Below are positions 58,571-64,000 of a DNA stretch of 64,000 nucleotides, one piece after another; position 1 is the stretch's first letter; each line of letters opens with the position of its first letter. A program made the translations under genes and the position numbers. Origin of the DNA: a virus; IMG/VR virus record IMGVR_UViG_3300010157_000047, positions 26,773-90,772 of that record. One strand, written 5' to 3'. The notes beneath the pieces were generated by a model that made no database searches, was not told where the DNA came from, and saw only the letters and a list, made by a program, of their open reading frames with translations.

Positions 58571-60891
58571 TAATTAAATATTAAATGAATAACTATTGGT
58601 AAATTTATTGTTGCTAAATTTTTAATTAATAAATTATTTGTATTTGCAGCAATTAATCCAGAATATGCTTCATTAAACCAGAGCATTGTTTCTTCTGATC
58701 CATTAACAGAATATATTTTTACATCAATTATTCTTTTATTTAAATTATGCAATATAGATAAATCATTTGGATTTGCGCCAGATGACAATGTCCACCCATA
58801 AGGATAATCAGTAATAACAGTTGCACCGCTTATCCTACCAGCAACAGTTGAATTTGCAGGTAAAGTTATTATAGCGCAATATGGAACATTATCAGTAAAT
58901 ATAGCGCCAGTCAAATGAAGATCACCATGAGATGTAAGCCACATTGTTTTGGTTAATATACCATTTTTAAGTAGCCACCATTCTTTAGAATTATTTTCTA
59001 CTGATGTTGTAACATCGGTATAGGTCACTAACTCTCTGTGCATTACCAATGAAGCGCCTGACCCTCTATTGCTAGATCCATTCCAATCTATTGATGTTGC
59101 ATAATTTATTGCAACGGATGTAGTATTCAGAGAGTCTGTATCTAATGTTAAACAATTCCTAGTACCAGTATTGGTAATATCCAATGAAATGAATGATGCT
59201 GGAATATATGGTGATTTTGCTAATAATGCTATTCCAGTAAGAGAATCTACTTGAGAATATATGCCATTATATAATGAATTATAAGAATATATTGAATAAT
59301 CATCTACTGATGAATTTGATATTTGCCCAAGCGAAGATATTGTCGCAGTAGATTCTCTTACTATATTTCCAGTAACATCATTGAATACTGGAATTGTATT
59401 TAATGAAGAAGATTCTATAGCATTAATAAATGATCCAGCCCCTAGTGGTTCAACATAACCAAGATCTGCAAGTGTCAATGTACGTGTAGTCGCTGAAGTA
59501 ACATGGCCCAACTCATTAACATATAATGATCCAAGAACTAATGCACCAGTTAATAATGGAGATATAATAGACTGAGTTGGATGAATATAAGTATTAGCTG
59601 GCAAATCCATGTAAGTAATATTATTACTTCCATCAAGCTTAAGCCATTTGTCTGCAATTCCTTTTGATAAATTAATATTTGTAAATGCAATATTTAATAA
59701 TTGATTGTTATCATCAATTATTAATTTTTCACCATTATGATTATTTTGATAGTCACCAATTAATATTCTAGATACTACTGATCCAGTAAATGAAGTTATA
59801 ATTAAATCTCCTGATTCTGTTAATATTGCAGATTCAGTTGAAGTGTCTGAATCAAATAAGAATATGCCATAGTTTGAATAATTAGCAGAAAATGAATTAC
59901 CATTTAAATAAGCATTAAAATTAATGGCAAATAAGTTTCCATCAAGAGTTAATGAATTATTTACATATCCTGGATAATTATATTGATTTAAATAAAAATA
60001 TGCATAGCCTGGATCTGCGCCATAACGATCAAGATATGGGATATATTTAGAGTTATCCCAATGTAATATATTGTCTAATGGATCTGTAAGAATTGTAGAT
60101 AATACTCCAGTAATATTATCTATTAATAATCCTGAACCAACTTTAATTCCACCCAATAAAAATGAACTAGCAATCTGTAAATTATAATTTAAAATTCCAG
60201 ATACCATTGATAATGTAGTGCCAACTTTAATTCCTCCAAGTACGACAGATGTAGCACTAGGTAAGATATATGGATTAGCACTTAATATTCCAGATGTAAT
60301 AGTTAATCCAGTGCCTACTTTTATTGCACCAAGAACAGATGAAGATGCAGTTGGAAGCAAATAATCTAATACACCAGATGTAATAGATAATGTATTTCCT
60401 ATTTTTACACCTCCCAATATTAAAGATGTGGCAGTAGGAAGATTTAATGATAATAAACCAGATGAAATATTTAATCCAGATCCTATCTGAACAATACCCA
60501 TTTGAGATGTTGTCGCAATAAGTGGAGAATAATCAAGTGATATTAAACCATTTACATCAACATTTAATCCATTTCCTACTATTACACCTCCAATTGTAGA
60601 TGTAGTAGCAATAGGCATTATAAGTGATAATATTTCAGAAGTCCATAAATTATCAATACCTTTTGTAAATACAGATCCAATAGGAGCAGATCCCAATAAA
60701 TCATTTACATCAAGCAAATCAGCAAGATTTGTATTTGATATATATGTATTAAAAGATTCTTCTAAAGCAGTATTATTAGATATGTATGAATTAAACATAT
60801 TTATTATTTGCTCCATCGTTACTGCCGATAGATTATATGCCCCTAATCCTTCAGTTGCATCTTTTTGACAAATGGATTGTGATCCAGCCAT
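58570..60891 (-). CDS. Tail fibre-like protein (773 aa)
   Basis: Six tandem A(T/S)xxxLGG(I/V)K(V/I)G.xL.I units in the N-terminal third. Confidence 0.75.
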   Translation of the reverse strand: MAGSQSICQKDATEGLGAYNLSAVTMEQIINMFNSYISNNTALEESFNTYISNTNLADLLDVNDLLGSAPIGSVFTKGIDNLWTSEILSLIMPIATTSTIGGVIVGNGLNVDVNGLISLDYSPLIATTSQMGIVQIGSGLNISSGLLSLNLPTATSLILGGVKIGNTLSITSGVLDYLLPTASSSVLGAIKVGTGLTITSGILSANPYILPSATSVVLGGIKVGTTLSMVSGILNYNLQIASSFLLGGIKVGSGLLIDNITGVLSTILTDPLDNILHWDNSKYIPYLDRYGADPGYAYFYLNQYNYPGYVNNSLTLDGNLFAINFNAYLNGNSFSANYSNYGIFLFDSDTSTESAILTESGDLIITSFTGSVVSRILIGDYQNNHNGEKLIIDDNNQLLNIAFTNINLSKGIADKWLKLDGSNNITYMDLPANTYIHPTQSIISPLLTGALVLGSLYVNELGHVTSATTRTLTLADLGYVEPLGAGSFINAIESSSLNTIPVFNDVTGNIVRESTATISSLGQISNSSVDDYSIYSYNSLYNGIYSQVDSLTGIALLAKSPYIPASFISLDITNTGTRNCLTLDTDSLNTTSVAINYATSIDWNGSSNRGSGASLVMHRELVTYTDVTTSVENNSKEWWLLKNGILTKTMWLTSHGDLHLTGAIFTDNVPYCAIITLPANSTVAGRISGATVITDYPYGWTLSSGANPNDLSILHNLNKRIIDVKIYSVNGSEETMLWFNEAYSGLIAANTNNLLIKNLATINLPIVIHLIFN

Positions 60892-60946
60892 ATCTTATAA
60901 TATAATTATTTTGTATTTAAAATTATTAAAATATACTAAAGCATAT

Positions 60947-61246
60947 TTATTTTAATTTTCTAGTATATAATTTAAATGCTATAACAATTTTTCTAAAAAA
61001 TTCTGATATTGCATTAGACTTAGATTTTATTTTAACTTTAATTTGTTTTTCTTCTTCAATAAGATCTTTTATCAATTCAACTTTCCATGAAGAAATATTG
61101 GATTCATCTTTTTTAATATTATCAGATATCAATTTAGATTTATCTTCAACCTTCTTAATTGTTTTTTCGGTAAATATTTCTGCATTGATAACAGATTTTT
61201 CAACATTATCAATAATAACTTTTGTTTTGTCTGTAAGTTTGCTCAT
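60947..61246 (-). CDS. Hypothetical coiled-coil protein (99 aa)
   Basis: Charged helical ORF downstream of the endolysin. Confidence 0.55.
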   Translation of the reverse strand: MSKLTDKTKVIIDNVEKSVINAEIFTEKTIKKVEDKSKLISDNIKKDESNISSWKVELIKDLIEEEKQIKVKIKSKSNAISEFFRKIVIAFKLYTRKLK

Positions 61247-61252
61247 AGGATT

Positions 61253-62097
61253 TTATTTTATATAACGTGAAACTGCATAAATTTTATCTTTACTAATCTT
61301 CTTTCTTCCAACTCTATCGCCATTCCTAGATCCATTTCCACTAGTATTACCAGCTTGAATAATCCAATAGCCACTTTTATCATAAGAATAAAAAAATCCT
61401 ACATGACCTACTCTTTTTAAATATGAATAGTATTCTGTAAAAACATCTCCTGGTAAGGGATCAATACTATTTTTTTTTTAAGTTGCCATATAATATCTTT
61501 AGGATTTGCATATGCTGGAGACCATCCGCTATTGGGATTTTTAATGCTAAAAGATTTCATATCATAAGCAACATATGCACCGCACCAACTAGCAGGTGGA
61601 GTTACCCCAACAGACTTTAAAAATACATCCACCTCTGGACCTCTATTAGGATCCGTTTCACGTATGTTTAACTGAGAGTCAAGTAGATTTATTAATTTAC
61701 TGCGAACATTTGGATTTTCGTCTCCTTTGGCGCTATAAACAAGTCCTGCTATTAATGCAAATACAATAAATAATTTAAATGCATAATCAATTTGTTTAGA
61801 CGGATTCAATTGTTCAAATTTATGATAAAATGCATCTGTAAATACATTATATACTTTAGGCAATGTAATTCTAAGCATAAGATGTGTAGACCAAAATATC
61901 ATAGTATAAGTTAATAATCCATATAGTAATGTTTCAAATTGAGATGCAGGATCGAAAAATGCACTACTAGTAAATATTGATTGAAGAATCCTATTAGCCA
62001 ATAAAAACAATATTGCAATTAATGGTATTAATATTAGTTCTTCTTTAAATATTTTATAAAAATTACTATTGAAAATTTTATCTAAAATGTTTTTCAT
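61253..62097 (-). CDS. Membrane (holin-like) domain fused to a CHAP endolysin, interrupted by a frameshift at an A10 run (61470-61479)
   Basis: Frame 0 has three hydrophobic helices, then RET.PNRGPEVD.FL...SWCGAYV. The -1 frame continues SIDPLPGDVF...VGHVGF...QAGNTSG.GSRNGD.V...SRYIK* (stop 61253-61255), which supplies the CHAP His. Confidence 0.85.
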
Positions 62098-62107
62098 ATA
62101 TGAGTTT

Positions 62108-62515
62108 TTAAGTTAATATTTCATTTGCCCTTCCAGTGTTTAATAATCCAATTGATTCAAGATATTGCAATCCTGATATTGTTAATTGATTCTGCAAATC
62201 TATACTCTCAGATAGTTTAAACTTATCTAACCATATTTCAAGTAGCACAGATGTTTTTGCTTCAGTATATATTCCTACTAATTCAGCATCTGTAAATCGT
62301 GCCAAAAATTCTAACTTAGATAATGGTTGAATAGGATCAATTATTTTAGGTATTTCACAAACAATAAAATCTCCTTCTTCAAAATTACCTCCATTTCCTT
62401 CCCTATAAATAACTTCTTTATATCCATTATCTATTGCAAATTGTGTAGCATCACCTAAAATATTAGATGGTTGAACAAATTCTACTATTGATCCATTAAT
62501 TAATTTTGCTCTCAT
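62108..62515 (-). CDS. Tail-fibre-associated/assembly protein
   Basis: LSKLEFLARFTDAE...IDL...GLQYLESIGLL..RANEIL motif typical of genes following fibre genes. Confidence 0.6.
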   Translation of the reverse strand: MRAKLINGSIVEFVQPSNILGDATQFAIDNGYKEVIYREGNGGNFEEGDFIVCEIPKIIDPIQPLSKLEFLARFTDAELVGIYTEAKTSVLLEIWLDKFKLSESIDLQNQLTISGLQYLESIGLLNTGRANEILT

Positions 62516-62527
62516 AATTTATATTTT

Positions 62528-63280
62528 TTACCAAAGACTATAATCTAATCCACTTCCACTATTATACAGGGTTGTTTTTTCACCAACGGTTAATATTTTA
62601 TTCCATATTGCTAATTGATCAATACTAAACGTATAATAAACAGGTGTTGTTGAAAGACTTGAAACAGCTAAATATGGTACTGCAGATGTAAATACTAAAC
62701 TTGCCGCAGTTCCTGATGGATGCGTTAATGTTACAACAGTATTATTTATTGTAAGTATTGGCTGAGTAGATATACTTGTAGCACAAGTTATACAAATCAA
62801 TGTCCAAGATCCATATGTTGTAAATGCTCCTACAGCACTTTGCCAACTATATCTACTACCTGAACCTGCACCAACTCCATTTGTATAAGTAACAACAACC
62901 GATCCATCTACATTGACAACTATAGAAAATCCTCTATAATTAGTAGATGATGAATTTTGTGTATCATCTAATTGAAATGATTTTGTTAATGGAATATTGA
63001 CCCAAAAGGCAAAACTAAAAGGGAATGTTGTTAATCCCCAATAAGACCCAAAATTAGTATATTGTGTTCCTGTATATGAATAACATCCTGATCCAAATTT
63101 AGGAGAACTTGTACTATAAATAGATGTGGAACTATTTGTTCCATTATATCTACTTAATGAATCAATACAAGTTGTTCCTGATATTTCTTCAAATTCATAT
63201 TCAGAAATTAAATTTACTGGCAATGTAGTTAATGCTGCAGGTTGAACTTGACTAAATAATTTTGTTCCGTAGTATGGCAT
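62528..63280 (-). CDS. LamG/concanavalin A-like lectin-domain virion protein
   Basis: YEFEEISGT..D, FSFAFWVN, WTLICIT, IDQLAIWNKILT.E...LYNSG.G. Confidence 0.8.
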   Translation of the reverse strand: MPYYGTKLFSQVQPAALTTLPVNLISEYEFEEISGTTCIDSLSRYNGTNSSTSIYSTSSPKFGSGCYSYTGTQYTNFGSYWGLTTFPFSFAFWVNIPLTKSFQLDDTQNSSSTNYRGFSIVVNVDGSVVVTYTNGVGAGSGSRYSWQSAVGAFTTYGSWTLICITCATSISTQPILTINNTVVTLTHPSGTAASLVFTSAVPYLAVSSLSTTPVYYTFSIDQLAIWNKILTVGEKTTLYNSGSGLDYSLW

Positions 63281-63282
63281 GA

Positions 63283-63999
63283 TTATACATTTTTAACTGC
63301 TGTTGCCCAAATCTCAAATGTAGATCCAGTAGTATTTACTTGTTCGTAAGATATTGTCCAACTTGAATTTATTACTAATGTAGGTGTAGTACCTCTCCAT
63401 ACTATCCCCGTAGGTTGTGTTATAGTTGGAAGAGTTGCACCAATCTTAAATACATAAATTGATTCATTTACTACTCCTGTAACTGCTGCTGGTAATGCTA
63501 TTGTAAAGACGTTTGCATTAGTAATAGAACCACCATAAGTTTCAGTAGCTGCTTTAAGAGTTAATGTTCCTGTGGTTGGTGTAGTAACTATTTCTGAAGC
63601 GTATGCAGGAGTTCCCCACACTGGAGCAGCACCAACCCCATTTGATCTTAATACACTACCAGCAGCTACTGCTGCTAATCTTGTATAGGCAGTAGTTGAA
63701 GATGCATATAATAAATCTCCGATAGCTTGCGATGCAAAAGTCCAGTTAGACCCATCGTTATAAGAAATTTGTTTCCTTGCTGCGCCTGTTGTTATAGTTG
63801 CGTAATAAGCATCTGTCAAGAACTCTATCGCCCCTGCCTCTGGGGTAGTTAATAATGTACCCGATGTTAACTTAATCGGTGCTGTGGAGGCTGTGGCTGT
63901 TCCTGCCTTGATGTGAAGAACTGCTGTTGGATTGGTTCCTATGCCAATATTATTATTAGATTCGTAAATTTTAATTGCATCAGTCGTAATAACACTATT
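63283..63999 (-). CDS. Tail fibre-like protein, C-terminal part; the frame stays open to the window edge and the track's TTG start at 63819 is internal
   Basis: Upstream in-frame sequence NSVITTDAIKIYESNNNIGIGTNPTAVLHIKAGTATASTAPIKLTSGTLLTTPEAGAIEF; GDLLYA...RLA...VL.SNG...P.W fibre motif. Confidence 0.75.
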   Translation of the reverse strand, partial: NSVITTDAIKIYESNNNIGIGTNPTAVLHIKAGTATASTAPIKLTSGTLLTTPEAGAIEFLTDAYYATITTGAARKQISYNDGSNWTFASQAIGDLLYASSTTAYTRLAAVAAGSVLRSNGVGAAPVWGTPAYASEIVTTPTTGTLTLKAATETYGGSITNANVFTIALPAAVTGVVNESIYVFKIGATLPTITQPTGIVWRGTTPTLVINSSWTISYEQVNTTGSTFEIWATAVKNV

Positions 64000-64000
64000 A

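Noticed and set aside
63283-63819. 178-aa ORF treated as a complete gene
   Set aside because: The frame is open to the window edge with fibre-like sequence, so the TTG start is internal.
1-64000. Stop-codon reassignment (TAG or TGA), as in some crAss-like phages
   Set aside because: Code 11 gives dense, uninterrupted ORFs up to 2666 aa, and TAG and TGA end genes at sensible boundaries (e.g. 13940, 49547, 9991).
1-64000. tRNA, rRNA, CRISPR array, IS element or integrase
   Set aside because: Intergenic gaps are short, with no cloverleaf, repeat-spacer array or transposase/integrase motif seen by eye. A tRNAscan/Infernal run would be needed to exclude them formally.

Overview
A 64-kb segment of an AT-rich, crAss-like (Crassvirales-type) podovirus genome in the standard genetic code. 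The host is most likely in Bacteroidota, judging from TAnnTTTG promoter elements. There are two convergent blocks that meet at a bidirectional terminator near 13.95 kb. (1) + strand, 1-13.9 kb: a phiEco32-type peptide-ligase cluster (gamma-glutamyl cyclotransferase, ATP-grasp ligase, COOH-NH2 ligase, class-II glutamine amidotransferase, amidoligase), DNA-metabolism genes (degenerate UDG-like, PD-(D/E)XK nucleases, nucleotidyltransferase, dATP/dGTP diphosphohydrolase) and small accessory ORFs. It also holds an adjacent pair of stand-alone host-replisome fragments: a DnaE C-terminus with a QLSLF clamp-binding motif and a DnaA domain-IV-like protein. (2) - strand, 14-64 kb: the virion module, with three giant ejected proteins (including the DFDID virion RNA polymerase), cargo proteins carrying lysozyme-like domains, muzzle/ring/IHF-like/capsid genes, lysis genes and repeat-rich tail fibres. 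The most unusual observations are the DnaE-CTD/DnaA-IV pair, a circularly permuted histidine phosphatase inside an ejected protein, a holin-like/CHAP endolysin fusion split by an A10 frameshift, the five-enzyme ligase cluster, an attC-like inverted-repeat cassette footprint, and a circularly permuted FISUMP domain in a tail fibre. All family calls come from recognising motifs by eye; no searches were run.
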